A program made the position numbers and the translations under genes. Shown piece after piece: positions 21,368 to 31,189 of a stretch of DNA of 64,000 bases; position 1 is the stretch's first letter; every line of letters begins with the position of its first letter. Source of the stretch: Candidatus Eiseniibacteriota bacterium (GTDB lineage: Bacteria > Orphanbacterota > Orphanbacteria > Orphanbacterales > Orphanbacteraceae); assembly GCA_043809585.1 (NCBI GenBank), contig JBDROZ010000072.1:1-64000 (forward strand). Reading direction: 5' to 3'. Below the pieces are notes generated by a model, which saw nothing but the letters and a program-made list of their open reading frames with translations, searched no databases and was not told where the DNA came from.

Positions 21368-21494
21368 ATCGACCCGCGGACTCCTGTCCCGTCCACCCCG
21401 AATCGACCCGCAGACTTCTATTCCGTAGACTCCTATCGACCCGCGGACTCCTATCCCGTCCACCCCCATCGACCCGCGGACTCGTGTCCCGTCC
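21368..21494. repeat. Four degenerate tandem copies of a 33-34 bp unit (ATCGACCCGCGGACTCCT...)
   Basis: ATCGACCCGC starts at 21368, 21402, 21435 and 21468. Confidence 0.9.
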
Positions 21495-21650
21495 GTCGCG
21501 AGGGTCGCGATCGCGAGGCGAGCCCCGTTTCGGACGAGGACGCTCCCGGAGGCGGGGCCGTCGCCCCGTCGAGGAAGCGGCTGAAGGAGAAACGGGGGCG
21601 GAGCCCGCGAGCGCGGTCCGCAGCAGGACGGGACACGAGCCCGCGGGTCG
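21470..21650. mobile_element. MITE-like fold-back element with 25-bp terminal inverted repeats
   Basis: 21470-21494 matches the reverse complement of 21626-21650 at 24/25; nested internal inverted repeats; no credible coding product. Confidence 0.6.
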
Positions 21651-22628
21651 TCAGTGGAAATCCACTTCCGACGAGTCGCCGACGTTGAGGCGCTGGAAGT
21701 TTCCGCGCACCACCGCCGACTCGCCGACCAGGGAGCGGTCGAGGAGGCAGTTTTCGACCAGGGCGTCGTCGTTCACGATCGAGTCGCGGACGATCGAGTC
21801 CGTGATCACCGCGTTGTCCCCCACGGTGACGTAGGGCCCGATCACCGACCGGGTCACGTGGGAGGAAGGGGAGATGGCCACGGGGGGGATGATGATGGAT
21901 CCGTCGATCTCGACCCGCGACCCTTCCTCCTCGAGGAGGAACCGGTTCGTGCGGAGCAGTGACTCCGGCTCGCCGCAGTCGAACCACCCGTTCACGGTGA
22001 CCGCCCGGACCGGCTCCCCCTTCTTGATCATCTTCTCGAGGGCGTCCGTGAGCTGCACTTCCCCCTTGGTCGTGATCCCTTCGTCGATGATCTCGGCGAG
22101 GGCCGCGAAGAGCGAACCGGCCCGGATGAAGTAGTAGATCCCCACGATCGCCAGGTTCGACACGGGCGTGTCGGGTTTCTCCACGAGGCGGGCCACGTTC
22201 TGGTTCCGCACCTGCACCACGCCGAATCGGGAAGGATCCTCCACCGCCCGGACCCCGATCGCGCTCGTCGGGCCGCCGATCACGGACTCGAAATCGGCCT
22301 TGAAGATCGTATCTCCGAGAACGATCAGGATCGGCTCGTCCGGGTCAACGAGATCCCGGGTCAGGTGGATGGCGTGGCCGATCCCCCGGGCCTCCCTCTG
22401 TTCGACGAATTCCGTCTCGATTCCGCAGTTCTTCTCCATCCAGGCCCGGATCGGGTCGCCCATGTGCCCCACCACGAGGATCACGTGGTCCACTCCGACC
22501 GAGATCAGCTCGTCGAGGATATGGCCGAGGATCGGCTTCCCCGCCACGTTCAGCAGCGCCTTCGGGAGCGTGTAGGTCTGGGGCTTCAGGCGGTGCCCCG
22601 TTCCGGCGACCGGGATGATGGCCTTCAT
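21651..22628 (-). CDS. Sugar-phosphate nucleotidyltransferase (glucose-1-phosphate thymidylyltransferase-like)
   Basis: MKAIIPVAGTGHRL.P.T...PK, LVEKP and GWFDCG motifs; C-terminal hexapeptide-like repeats. Confidence 0.9.
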   Translation of the reverse strand: MKAIIPVAGTGHRLKPQTYTLPKALLNVAGKPILGHILDELISVGVDHVILVVGHMGDPIRAWMEKNCGIETEFVEQREARGIGHAIHLTRDLVDPDEPILIVLGDTIFKADFESVIGGPTSAIGVRAVEDPSRFGVVQVRNQNVARLVEKPDTPVSNLAIVGIYYFIRAGSLFAALAEIIDEGITTKGEVQLTDALEKMIKKGEPVRAVTVNGWFDCGEPESLLRTNRFLLEEEGSRVEIDGSIIIPPVAISPSSHVTRSVIGPYVTVGDNAVITDSIVRDSIVNDDALVENCLLDRSLVGESAVVRGNFQRLNVGDSSEVDFH

Positions 22629-23743
22629 GAACTCTCCTTCCGCGCGGCGGCGCCCGGTCCGATCTCTCCCGGCGCCCGGCCCTTCGCGAGGCCTGCCTTG
22701 AGCTCGTCGATCGCCCGGACCGGGGTCGGATCGACCCCCCGCCGGACCGCGAGGAACCAGCTGACGAAATCGGCGAGATAGACGGCGGCGAAGATCCTCG
22801 CGAGGGGACCCTCTCCCGTCATCGAGATCCGGAGCACCCGCCGGGCCTTTCCGGATATCAGCTTCAAAGCCTCCTCCATGCCCCGCCTCGTTTCCGGGGC
22901 GTCCGTCTCGTTTTCGAGAACGAGCAGGGCGATCCGATCGATCGTCTCTTCCGGGTGCACCCACCCGACGATCTCGTTGTGATTCAGTTCAGGGAACTCG
23001 GCGCGATGGGAGAAGGTCTTCCCGTTCTCCGCGAGTTGGCCGCACCACCGGGTCGCCACAGGGGAGGACTCCCCTCCCCCGTGATAGATGACGGGCAGCG
23101 CCCCCTCGAGGGCGGCCGCGATCCGCGCCGGTTCGCTCTCCCGGGGGACCGTTTCGAGATCCCATTCGCGGCGGAGAGCCTCCAGCCGGCGGCGGGCTTC
23201 TCCGATCCCCAGATCGTCCCACGAACAGCCGAGGACGCCGGCGCCCCGAAGAGCGGCGAAGGAAGAGAGGGTGAGATGGCCGACGGCGGTCCGGGGGGGA
23301 AAGCCGGGCGGGACTTCGATGACCGGCTCCCCGTTCTCCCTCGCGTCCACCGCGAGCCGTCCTCCGGAGGTTACGGCGACGAGAGTAGCCCCCCGGCGCC
23401 GGGCGGCGCGCGACGCGGACAGGGTCTCCTCCGTGGTTCCCGAGTAGCTCGTGGCGACCACCAGGGTGCCGGGCCCGCACCAGGCGGGCACCCCGTACCC
23501 CCGATGGACCAGGAGCGGAATCGAAGCCTCGTCCGCGAGTCGGGCGGCGACGATTTCGCCCCCGATCGCCGAACCTCCCATTCCGAGGAGGAGCACGTTT
23601 CGGAAGGGCCCCGCCGGAAGGGGGCGATCGAATCCGCCCCTCATTCTCTCTTCCGCCTCGCCGATCTGATCGGGGAGGTCCCGGATCCGCTCGAACATCT
23701 CCCCGCCGTCGTGGGCTCTCTTCAGCGCCTCCCAGTCGCTCAT
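22625..23743 (-). CDS. Bifunctional phosphoglucose/phosphomannose isomerase
   Basis: SIS domain GMGGSAIGG and SYSGTTEET; ENGK and PELNHNEI motifs. Confidence 0.9.
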   Translation of the reverse strand: MSDWEALKRAHDGGEMFERIRDLPDQIGEAEERMRGGFDRPLPAGPFRNVLLLGMGGSAIGGEIVAARLADEASIPLLVHRGYGVPAWCGPGTLVVATSYSGTTEETLSASRAARRRGATLVAVTSGGRLAVDARENGEPVIEVPPGFPPRTAVGHLTLSSFAALRGAGVLGCSWDDLGIGEARRRLEALRREWDLETVPRESEPARIAAALEGALPVIYHGGGESSPVATRWCGQLAENGKTFSHRAEFPELNHNEIVGWVHPEETIDRIALLVLENETDAPETRRGMEEALKLISGKARRVLRISMTGEGPLARIFAAVYLADFVSWFLAVRRGVDPTPVRAIDELKAGLAKGRAPGEIGPGAAARKESS

Positions 23744-25509
23744 CCGTCTTCCTCGGCTTCCTTCAGCTCCAAATCGTGAAGAAACTGCTCCGCCCGCTCC
23801 CGGACCTTGATGCCCGACGACATGCCCATCGCCTCCTTCGCCAGCGCCTCCGCATCGCCGATGGGGAGGAGGGAAAAGACTCTCTTCAGATCGGGAATCA
23901 GATAGGGATGGACCGAGAGCTCCCGGACGCCGAGGCCGAGGAGGAGGAGGACGCAAAGCGTCTCCCCCGCCATCTCGCCGCAGATCGAAACGGGGACGGC
24001 CGCCTCCCGGCCGGCGTCGACGACGAGTCGCACCATCGCCAGAATGGCCGGGTGGAAGGGATCGAAGAGGTGGGCGACCTTGACGTTGTCCCGGTCTACG
24101 GCGAGGCCGTACTGGATCAGGTCGTTGGTCCCCACGCTCAGGAAATCCACCTCCTTGGCGATGTGAGGGGCCAGGTGGACGGCCCCCGGCGTCTCGATCA
24201 TGGCCCCGATCCGGATTCCCGGCGGCACGGAGACGCCGTCGAGCCGGAGTTCCTCTCGGGCCTCGGCGACCATGCGCTTCGCCTCGAGCACTTCCTCCAA
24301 GGTCGTGACCATCGGAAAGAGGATGGCGAGACGGCCGGCCGGCGCCGCCCGGAGAAGAGAGCGGATCTGGGTGCGGAAGAGATCCCGCAGTTCGAGGGAG
24401 ATCCGTATGCCCCGCCACCCGAGCATCGGGTTCGGTTCGATCTGCTCGCTCAGAGGATCGAGGACCTTGTCCCCTCCCACGTCGAGGGTGCGGAACACCA
24501 CCGGCTCGGGAGATACCCGGCGGAGGATTTTCCTGTAGATCGTGGTCTGCGCCTCCTCCCTGGCGATATCGACGTCCCGGAAGTAAAGGAACTCCGTCCG
24601 GAAGAGGCCGATCCCCCGGGCCCGGTTCTCCACGGCCAGGGGGACCTCTTCCGGAACATCCACGTTCGCCCGGAGGATGATTTCCGTTCCGTCCCGGGTG
24701 GCGGAGGGGAGCTCCCGGAGTCGGATCCTCTCCCGCGAGATCTCCCGGTAGCGGCGCTGCCGGTTCCGCGCCAGCCGGAGTTGCCCCGGATCGGGGTGGA
24801 GGATCACGAGACCTTCGCTACCGTCCACGATGATCCGATCCCGGTGTTTGGCGGCGGAAAGGAGTTCCTCCACGCCCACCACCGCCGGGATCTGCAGGGA
24901 CCGGGCCATGATCGCCGTGTGGGAGGTCCGGCCTCCGTGCCTCGTCGCGAACCCCTTCACTTTGCTCCGGGGAAGCTGCACCGTTTCCGAGGGGGTCAGA
25001 TCTTCGGCCACGATGATCACGTTCTTTTCCATGTGGGCGAACGAGCGCCGCCGCCCCCCCGCCAGGTTATGGAGAACCCGGCGCCGCACGTCCTTCAGGT
25101 CCTCCACCCGTTCCCGGAGATACTCGTTCTCGACCCGGGACATCTTCACGATCGCTTCGGAGATGATCGCCTGGAAGGCGGCGGCCGCGGACCGGTTCTC
25201 TTTGTGGATTCGATCGAGGGTGCCTTGGACGACGGTCTCGTCCTCCAGGATCAGGATCTGGGCGTCGAAGACCCGGACCAGTTCTTCGCCGATCACGCTC
25301 CGGTAGCGGGTCCGGATCTTCCGTATCTCGTCCCCCGTGTTCTCGAGGGCCCGGAGGAACCTCTTCTCCTCCCCCTCGATCTCTTCCGGGGAGAGGGCTT
25401 CCTCGTCCACTTCCGGGTCGTCGGCGCCCAGAATGAAGACCTCTCCCACGGCCACCCCCGGGGAGACGGCGATTCCTCTCATCCGCAACGAATCGGCCCG
25501 GCCGCTCAC
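23740..25509 (-). CDS. ptsI: PTS enzyme I (PEP-protein phosphotransferase)
   Basis: GGRTSHTAIMARS, GIGLFRTEFLY, SVGTNDLIQY and ICGEMAG motifs. Confidence 0.96.
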   Translation of the reverse strand: MSGRADSLRMRGIAVSPGVAVGEVFILGADDPEVDEEALSPEEIEGEEKRFLRALENTGDEIRKIRTRYRSVIGEELVRVFDAQILILEDETVVQGTLDRIHKENRSAAAAFQAIISEAIVKMSRVENEYLRERVEDLKDVRRRVLHNLAGGRRRSFAHMEKNVIIVAEDLTPSETVQLPRSKVKGFATRHGGRTSHTAIMARSLQIPAVVGVEELLSAAKHRDRIIVDGSEGLVILHPDPGQLRLARNRQRRYREISRERIRLRELPSATRDGTEIILRANVDVPEEVPLAVENRARGIGLFRTEFLYFRDVDIAREEAQTTIYRKILRRVSPEPVVFRTLDVGGDKVLDPLSEQIEPNPMLGWRGIRISLELRDLFRTQIRSLLRAAPAGRLAILFPMVTTLEEVLEAKRMVAEAREELRLDGVSVPPGIRIGAMIETPGAVHLAPHIAKEVDFLSVGTNDLIQYGLAVDRDNVKVAHLFDPFHPAILAMVRLVVDAGREAAVPVSICGEMAGETLCVLLLLGLGVRELSVHPYLIPDLKRVFSLLPIGDAEALAKEAMGMSSGIKVRERAEQFLHDLELKEAEEDG

Positions 25510-25784
25510 GGTTCGCCAAGCTCCTCCCCGAACCCCTCCCGGAAGAGGACGTCCATCGCCTCCATCGCTTCCGTTTCGTCCGGCCCGTCGGTGACGACGG
25601 TGATCTCCGTCCCGAGCCCCCCCTCGAGGGCGAGAATCCCGAGAATGCTCTTTCCGTTCACCTTCGTCTCCCCGTTCCGGAGGGAAACGGACGATCGGAA
25701 CGCGCCCGCGGTCTGGGCGATCCGCTCGGCCGGACGGAGGTGGATGCCGTCCTTGTTCCGAATGAGCAAGATCCGTTCAGTCAT
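25506..25784 (-). CDS. ptsH: Phosphocarrier protein HPr
   Basis: GIHLRPA (His15 equivalent) and NGKSIL (Ser46 equivalent). Confidence 0.93.
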   Translation of the reverse strand: MTERILLIRNKDGIHLRPAERIAQTAGAFRSSVSLRNGETKVNGKSILGILALEGGLGTEITVVTDGPDETEAMEAMDVLFREGFGEELGEP

Positions 25785-25824
25785 TCTCGGGGCCCGTCAC
25801 CGCGCGAGGCGGGGATGTGCGAGC

Positions 25825-26787
25825 TCAGGAAGCCTGCCCGGGCGACGGGGACTTCCGGCCCTCCCGTTTCAAGGTTCCGATCACGTTCTCGTTCAGGATC
25901 TCGGCCGGACGGAGACCGTGGACGCGGAGAAGGTGGCTCATGGCCACCACCTCCATCAGGACCGTGATGTTCTTGCCCGGAATGACGGGCATGGTCACCA
26001 CGGGAATCTTCAGGCCGAGGATCGTGGTCAGCTTCTCCTCGAGCCCGAGCCGTTCGTACTCGATCTTCGCGCCCCACTCACGGAGGCGCACCTCCACTGA
26101 GATCCTCTTTTCCCTCGTGATCGCCCGAACGCCGAACATCCGCCGTACATCGACGATGCCGATGCCCCGGATCTCCATGTAGTTCCGAAGCTGCCCGTTC
26201 GACTCTCCGACGAGCTCGTTGTGGCGGCGGGTGACGATCACCAGATCGTCCGCCACCAGCCGGTGTCCCCGTTCGACCAGATCGAGGGCGCTCTCGCTCT
26301 TCCCGATTCCGCTCTCCCCGGTGATGAGGAGGCCGACGCCGTAGACGTCGACCAGGCTCCCGTGGATGTTGGTCCGAGGCGCGAACGCCTCCTGCAGATA
26401 CTCCGTGAGCCGGTGGATGAAGGGCGTGGTCGAGAGGGGCGTCCGAAGGACGGGGACTCCCGCCTTGTCCCCCCGCTCGACCAGATAGGGCGGAAACTCG
26501 AGGCCCTTCGCCACGATGATGCACGGCACGTCGTGAATATAGAGACGGTCGATCGCCCGAAGACTCTCGAGGTCGCCGAGCGTCTCGAGGAAGAGCATTT
26601 CCGTCTCACCGAGGATCTGGATCCGGTCGGCGAGGAAGTTCTTCGTAAACCCCGCCAGCGGGAGGCCGGGCCGGTGCACGTCGCTCACCGTGATCGGCCG
26701 CGCCGATTCGATGCCGGCCGTCAGCACTTCGAGCTGAAAGTCGTCCCGCTTCTCCTCGAGAAACTGCTTGACCGAGATTCCGCGCAC
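25825..26787 (-). CDS. hprK: HPr kinase/phosphorylase
   Basis: GESGIGKSE, GHRLVADD and EIRGIGI motifs. Confidence 0.96.
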   Translation of the reverse strand: MRGISVKQFLEEKRDDFQLEVLTAGIESARPITVSDVHRPGLPLAGFTKNFLADRIQILGETEMLFLETLGDLESLRAIDRLYIHDVPCIIVAKGLEFPPYLVERGDKAGVPVLRTPLSTTPFIHRLTEYLQEAFAPRTNIHGSLVDVYGVGLLITGESGIGKSESALDLVERGHRLVADDLVIVTRRHNELVGESNGQLRNYMEIRGIGIVDVRRMFGVRAITREKRISVEVRLREWGAKIEYERLGLEEKLTTILGLKIPVVTMPVIPGKNITVLMEVVAMSHLLRVHGLRPAEILNENVIGTLKREGRKSPSPGQAS

Positions 26788-26846
26788 CTTCGCGCACCCC
26801 CCTACGCGGCGGTTCCCTCCCCCGAATGGAGGCGGGTTCCCGGCGG

Positions 26847-27383
26847 TCAGACTTCGACGACGCCGTAGTTGCCGTCTTTCCGTTTCAAGAGGACGTTCAC
26901 CCTCTCCGAAATCGGGTTCGTGAAGAACAGGTAATCCTCGTCCGTGGCTTCGAGCCTGATGATGGCGTCCTCCACGCTCATGGGTGGCGCCTCCATCTCG
27001 CTCGAATGGACGATCTCGATACTCTCCGACCCCTTGCCGACGCTGCCCGAGCTCACGACGTCGAACCGGACGCTCTCCTTGTCCGGCGCGTGCTTGCGGC
27101 TCCGCATCTTCTCCTTCTGCCTTCTCACCTGGACTTCGAGCTTCTGGGCCACCATGTCGACGGAGGTGTACATGTCGTCGGACTCGGAAGCGCCGGTCAG
27201 GTGAAAACCGTTCCCGTGCAGGGTCACCTCCGCCTTGTGCCGGTACTTCTCGACCGCGAGAACGGCGTGAGCCTCCAGCAGGGAAACTCCGTACTTCGAC
27301 AAACGTCCGATGCGCTCCGTCGTGTGCTCCCTGAGCCCTTCCGTCAGGTCGAAGTGGCGGGCCGTGATCGACACCTGCATCAT
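26847..27383 (-). CDS. hpf: Long hibernation-promoting factor (ribosome-associated inhibitor)
   Basis: ITARHFDLT, DMYTSVD, PMSVEDAI and RKDGNYG motifs; directly after rpoN. Confidence 0.92.
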   Translation of the reverse strand: MMQVSITARHFDLTEGLREHTTERIGRLSKYGVSLLEAHAVLAVEKYRHKAEVTLHGNGFHLTGASESDDMYTSVDMVAQKLEVQVRRQKEKMRSRKHAPDKESVRFDVVSSGSVGKGSESIEIVHSSEMEAPPMSVEDAIIRLEATDEDYLFFTNPISERVNVLLKRKDGNYGVVEV

Positions 27384-27416
27384 TCCACTCCTTTCCGGCC
27401 GCCCCGGCGGGTCGGA

Positions 27417-28892
27417 TCAGAACTCCTTGCGATATCGCGCGGAGAGAATGCCCATCTGCTCCCGGTACTTCGCCACCGTGCGCCTCGCGATGAGCAGTCC
27501 TTCCTTCTTCAAGACCTCCACGATCTTCTGGTCGCTGAAAGGCTTCTTCTTGTCCTCCCGCTCCACCATCTCCCGAACCCGGTCTTTCACTCGCTTCGCC
27601 GACACGTCCTCCCCCGAATCGCTCCGTATGGAGGAGGAGAAGAAAAACTTCAGATCGAAGACGCCTCTCGGGGTTTGGACGTACTTGCTCGACGTGACCC
27701 GGCTGACCGTCGACTCGTGCATCCCGATCTGCTCCGCCACCTGCTGGAGCGTGAGGGGCCGGAGGTGGCGGATTCCTTTCTCGAAGAATTCCCGTTGGTT
27801 TTCCACGATGGCGTTCATCACCTTGACCATGGTCCGGCGGCGGCGCTCGATCGTGTTGATCAGTTGGTTCGCCGCGTTCAGCTTGCCCCGGATGTATTCA
27901 CGGGTCCCCTCGTCGTCGTCCTTCGACCGCCCCGACGTGAGAATGCTCTCGTACGCCTTCGACACCCGGAGCCTCGGGACGTTCAGGTCGTTCAGGTAGA
28001 CCACGTACTCCCCCTCCACCCGGTCCACGATGAGATCGGGGGCGATGTACCGGGGGTCCTCCTCCGAGAAGAGGAGGCCGGGCCGCGGGTTCAGCTTGCC
28101 GATCTCCGCCGACGCCGCCTGCACCTCGCCGGGCGTGGTCTTGAGCTTCTTGGCGAGCTCCATGTACTTGTTCTGCACGAAGACGTCGAAATGCTCGTCC
28201 ACGATGCGGTGCGCCAGGCTTCCCTCCCGCTCCTTCGCCTTCAGCTGCAGCAGAAGGCATTCCCGGAGGTTCCTCGCGCCCACGCCGGCGGGGTCGAAAG
28301 TCTGCAGAAGATCGAGGCCCTCCTGCACCCGGTCCAAGGGAGAACCCACGCTCTCGGCCACTTCCTCGAGGCTCATGGTCAGGTAACCCCGGTCGTCGAG
28401 GCTCCCGACGAGAAACTCCCCGATCCGGAGGATCTCGTCGTCCTCCGAAGCGATCCGGAGCTGGCCGAGGAGGTGTTCGGAGAGATGGACCGTCGTCGAC
28501 GGCACCCGCTCGTAGTACTCGTCCGAGGACTCCCCTTCGTTCCTGCGGTAGTAACTGTACTCCTGGGGATTGTGAAAGTACTCGTCCCAGTCGATTTCGC
28601 CGTCGCTCTCACCGTCCTTCGAGGGTTCCTCCTCCCCCTCCCCCTTCTCTTCCTTCTCCCTCTCCTTCTCTTCCTTCGACGGCGTCTCCTCCCGGTCGTC
28701 GTCTGACTCGGCGTCGTCCACGAGATCGTCCACTTCCTCGAGGACCGGATTGAGCAGCAGCTCCTGCTTGAGCACCTGTTGGAGCTCGAGGGTCGGCATC
28801 TGCAGCAGGCGGAGTGCCTGCTGGAGCTGGGGGGTCATGACCAGCCTCTGCGTCTGCAGCATCCGAAGCTGGAGCCCCGCCTTCATCTCCAT
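27417..28892 (-). CDS. rpoN: RNA polymerase sigma-54 factor
   Basis: MTPQLQQALRLLQ, HESTVSRV and the RpoN box ARRTVAKYRE. Confidence 0.98.
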   Translation of the reverse strand: MEMKAGLQLRMLQTQRLVMTPQLQQALRLLQMPTLELQQVLKQELLLNPVLEEVDDLVDDAESDDDREETPSKEEKEREKEEKGEGEEEPSKDGESDGEIDWDEYFHNPQEYSYYRRNEGESSDEYYERVPSTTVHLSEHLLGQLRIASEDDEILRIGEFLVGSLDDRGYLTMSLEEVAESVGSPLDRVQEGLDLLQTFDPAGVGARNLRECLLLQLKAKEREGSLAHRIVDEHFDVFVQNKYMELAKKLKTTPGEVQAASAEIGKLNPRPGLLFSEEDPRYIAPDLIVDRVEGEYVVYLNDLNVPRLRVSKAYESILTSGRSKDDDEGTREYIRGKLNAANQLINTIERRRRTMVKVMNAIVENQREFFEKGIRHLRPLTLQQVAEQIGMHESTVSRVTSSKYVQTPRGVFDLKFFFSSSIRSDSGEDVSAKRVKDRVREMVEREDKKKPFSDQKIVEVLKKEGLLIARRTVAKYREQMGILSARYRKEF

Positions 28893-28909
28893 CGCCGCTT
28901 CCCTCTCCC

Positions 28910-29671
28910 CTAAAGCCGGAACCGCTCGCCGAGGTAGATCTCCCGGGCTTCCGGATTCTCGGCCAGGTCCTCCGCGCTCCCCGCGAGGAGCACCCGGCCC
29001 TCGTACATGATGTACGCGCGATTCGTGATCGAAAGGGTCTCGCGCACGTTGTGATCGGTGATCAGGACGCCGAGCCCCCGGTCCCGGAGGCCGGCGATGA
29101 TCTCCTGGATGTCCTGCACGGCGATCGGATCGATCCCGGCGAAGGGCTCGTCGAGAAGGAGAAAGGCCGGCTCCGTCGTCAGGGCCCGGCTGATCTCGGC
29201 CCTCCGCCTCTCGCCGCCGGACAGAGTGTAAGCCTTCGACCGGGCGAGGGAGGTGATGGAGAGTTCCTCCATCAGCGCCTCCGCCTTCGCCTTCCTCTCC
29301 GCCTTCGACAGGGGGAGCGTCTCGAGGATCGCCATCAGGTTCTGCTCCACCGTCAGTTTCCGGAAGATCGACGATTCCTGGGGCAGATACCCGAGCCCCA
29401 TGCGGGCCCGGCGGTACATGGGCAGCTCCGTGATCTCCCGGTCGTCGAGGAAGATGCGCCCCTCCTTCGGCCGGATCATGCCGACGATCATGTAGAAGGA
29501 CGTCGTCTTCCCCGCCCCGTTCGGGCCGAGGAGCCCGACCACTTCGCCCCGCCTGACTTCGATGGAGACACCGTTTACGACCCGCCGGCCCCGGTACTCC
29601 TTGACCAGGCCGTCGGTCCGCAGGGTCTCCCAACCCCGGACGAGATCGCCGTCCTTACTCCCCACCATCAC
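28910..29671 (-). CDS. lptB: LPS export ABC ATPase
   Basis: [26 protein letters not shown] and [10 protein letters not shown] motifs. Confidence 0.96.
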   Translation of the reverse strand: MMVGSKDGDLVRGWETLRTDGLVKEYRGRRVVNGVSIEVRRGEVVGLLGPNGAGKTTSFYMIVGMIRPKEGRIFLDDREITELPMYRRARMGLGYLPQESSIFRKLTVEQNLMAILETLPLSKAERKAKAEALMEELSITSLARSKAYTLSGGERRRAEISRALTTEPAFLLLDEPFAGIDPIAVQDIQEIIAGLRDRGLGVLITDHNVRETLSITNRAYIMYEGRVLLAGSAEDLAENPEAREIYLGERFRL

Positions 29672-30209
29672 CCTCGACGGTGAAGGCCACCACGTCCCTC
29701 AGAATCTCCGTGTCCTCCAGTGCGGGATCCGCCCGGAGGCCCCAACCGGTGATCCGTCTCTTCCCTCGTATGATCGTCACGAACTCGTCGGTCGTGATGA
29801 TCTCTTTCTCATCGTCCCAGCGGATCATCTCGCTCTCGAGCCGGGTCCCGTTCCGGGCGTCCACGACCACGTTCCCCCGGGCCGTCATATCGCTGGTGCC
29901 CCGGTCGATCGAGCCCGACGCCGCGGTGAGGGTCGACGCGTACTCCTCCCCGTCGTCGTAGAAATCGATCACCACGCCGTCCGCCTCGACCCGTTCGGGG
30001 TCCTGAAAATAGCGGACCACGTCCCCCCGGAACTCCCAGACCATCTTTCCGCCCCGGTACTCGACCCACTTCCGGACCTTCGTCTCCTGGACCGGAAGAT
30101 CGCCCCCCTCGCCGGGCGAGTCCCGCTCGACGCCGCTCGGCTTGCAGGCCAGCGGGAGGACGAAGAGCGCGGCCGCCAGGGAGACGATCAGGCGACGCCG
30201 AGTCCCCAA
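29655..30209 (-). CDS. lptC: LPS export periplasmic protein LptC (lipoprotein-like); start approximate
   Basis: Hydrophobic leader ending LPLAC; beta-jellyroll-like ARGNVVV..LESE...W pattern; upstream of lptB. Confidence 0.75.
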   Translation of the reverse strand: MGTRRRLIVSLAAALFVLPLACKPSGVERDSPGEGGDLPVQETKVRKWVEYRGGKMVWEFRGDVVRYFQDPERVEADGVVIDFYDDGEEYASTLTAASGSIDRGTSDMTARGNVVVDARNGTRLESEMIRWDDEKEIITTDEFVTIIRGKRRITGWGLRADPALEDTEILRDVVAFTVEGDGGE

Positions 30210-31069
30210 CGGTCGTGCATCCAGACCCACTGGGTGGGCGCGGCCCGGATGTAGCTTTCCAAAACGTGGATGCATTCTTTCGTGCACTCTTTGAAGTCGA
30301 CCGCTCCGCCGCCGTCCAGGGACAGGTCGACGGGGCGGTCGATGACGATCCGGTATCGCCGGTCGTCGGTCATCCAACACGCCATGGGGAGAAGGACCGC
30401 CCCCGTGCGGGCCGCGAGGCGCACCGGCCCGACCACGGCCTTCGCCGGACGCCCGAGGAAGTCGATGCAAACTCCCTCCCCCCGGCAGCGGAGGTCCATC
30501 AGCAGACCGAGCATCTCCCCCCGGGCGAGAACTTCGATTCCCTCCCGGAGCCACCCCCCCTTCGACCGGACCAGGGAGTTCACCCCGTGCCTCGCCCGGA
30601 GCCGGACGAGACGCTCATCGAGCCGCCGGTCGAAAAGAGACCCCGCGAAGGCGGTGAGAGGCACCCCCCGGCCCCCGAGATAGGCGGCGAGCAACTCCCA
30701 GTTGCCGAGGTGGGCGGTGACGCCGATCACGCCCCGTCCGGAGCCGAGCGCTTCGTCCAACCTCTCGAGACCCGTCGCCTCGACGAGGTTCCTGATCTCT
30801 TCGGCCCCCGCCCTCTCGAGCCGCGCCAGGTCCGCCGCGTTCCTTCCGAGGTCGTGATAGACCCGGCGGGCGAGCCGCTCCGCGTCCGCCTCCTCGCCGT
30901 AGACGAGGCGGAGGTTTCGGCGCGCCCGGTCCCGTCCCCGCGGCTGGAGCATGTGGACCATCGTTCCGCCGGCGCCGAAGAGGCCGAGCGCCAAGCCCCG
31001 GGGGAGCCTGCCGCCGAGCCCCAAAGCGAGGCGGATCCCGTGAAACGCGACTCTCTCGGCCAGCGCCAA
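30188..31069 (-). CDS. Lipid A biosynthesis acyltransferase (LpxL/HtrB family)
   Basis: TAHLGNWE and [11 protein letters not shown] motifs; probable TTG start after GGGGAG. Confidence 0.9.
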   Translation of the reverse strand: MALAERVAFHGIRLALGLGGRLPRGLALGLFGAGGTMVHMLQPRGRDRARRNLRLVYGEEADAERLARRVYHDLGRNAADLARLERAGAEEIRNLVEATGLERLDEALGSGRGVIGVTAHLGNWELLAAYLGGRGVPLTAFAGSLFDRRLDERLVRLRARHGVNSLVRSKGGWLREGIEVLARGEMLGLLMDLRCRGEGVCIDFLGRPAKAVVGPVRLAARTGAVLLPMACWMTDDRRYRIVIDRPVDLSLDGGGAVDFKECTKECIHVLESYIRAAPTQWVWMHDRWGLGVA

Positions 31070-31137
31070 TCGGCTCTCCCCGGTTACGCATCCTCTCGAA
31101 CGCCGCGCCGCCCCGCGGGACTCCCGCAGGCTCCCCG

Positions 31138-31182
31138 ACCATACGCGACCGCGGCGACCGGTGTCAAGCAAGGGGTATGCCA
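31138..31182 (-). promoter_or_regulatory. Adjacent sigma54 (31167-31182) and sigma70-type (31138-31167) promoter matches
   Basis: Minus strand TGGCAT-ACCCC-TTGCT overlapping by one base TTGACA-N18-TATGGT. Confidence 0.65.
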
Positions 31183-31189
31183 ACGGTTT

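Noticed and set aside
21368-21494. Possible CRISPR array
   Set aside because: Units are contiguous and degenerate with no unique spacers, and no cas genes are in the window
21523-21597. Hammerhead ribozyme-like words (CTGAAGGA, GAAAC, GTTTC)
   Set aside because: The core does not match CUGANGA and there is no stem II between it and GAAA
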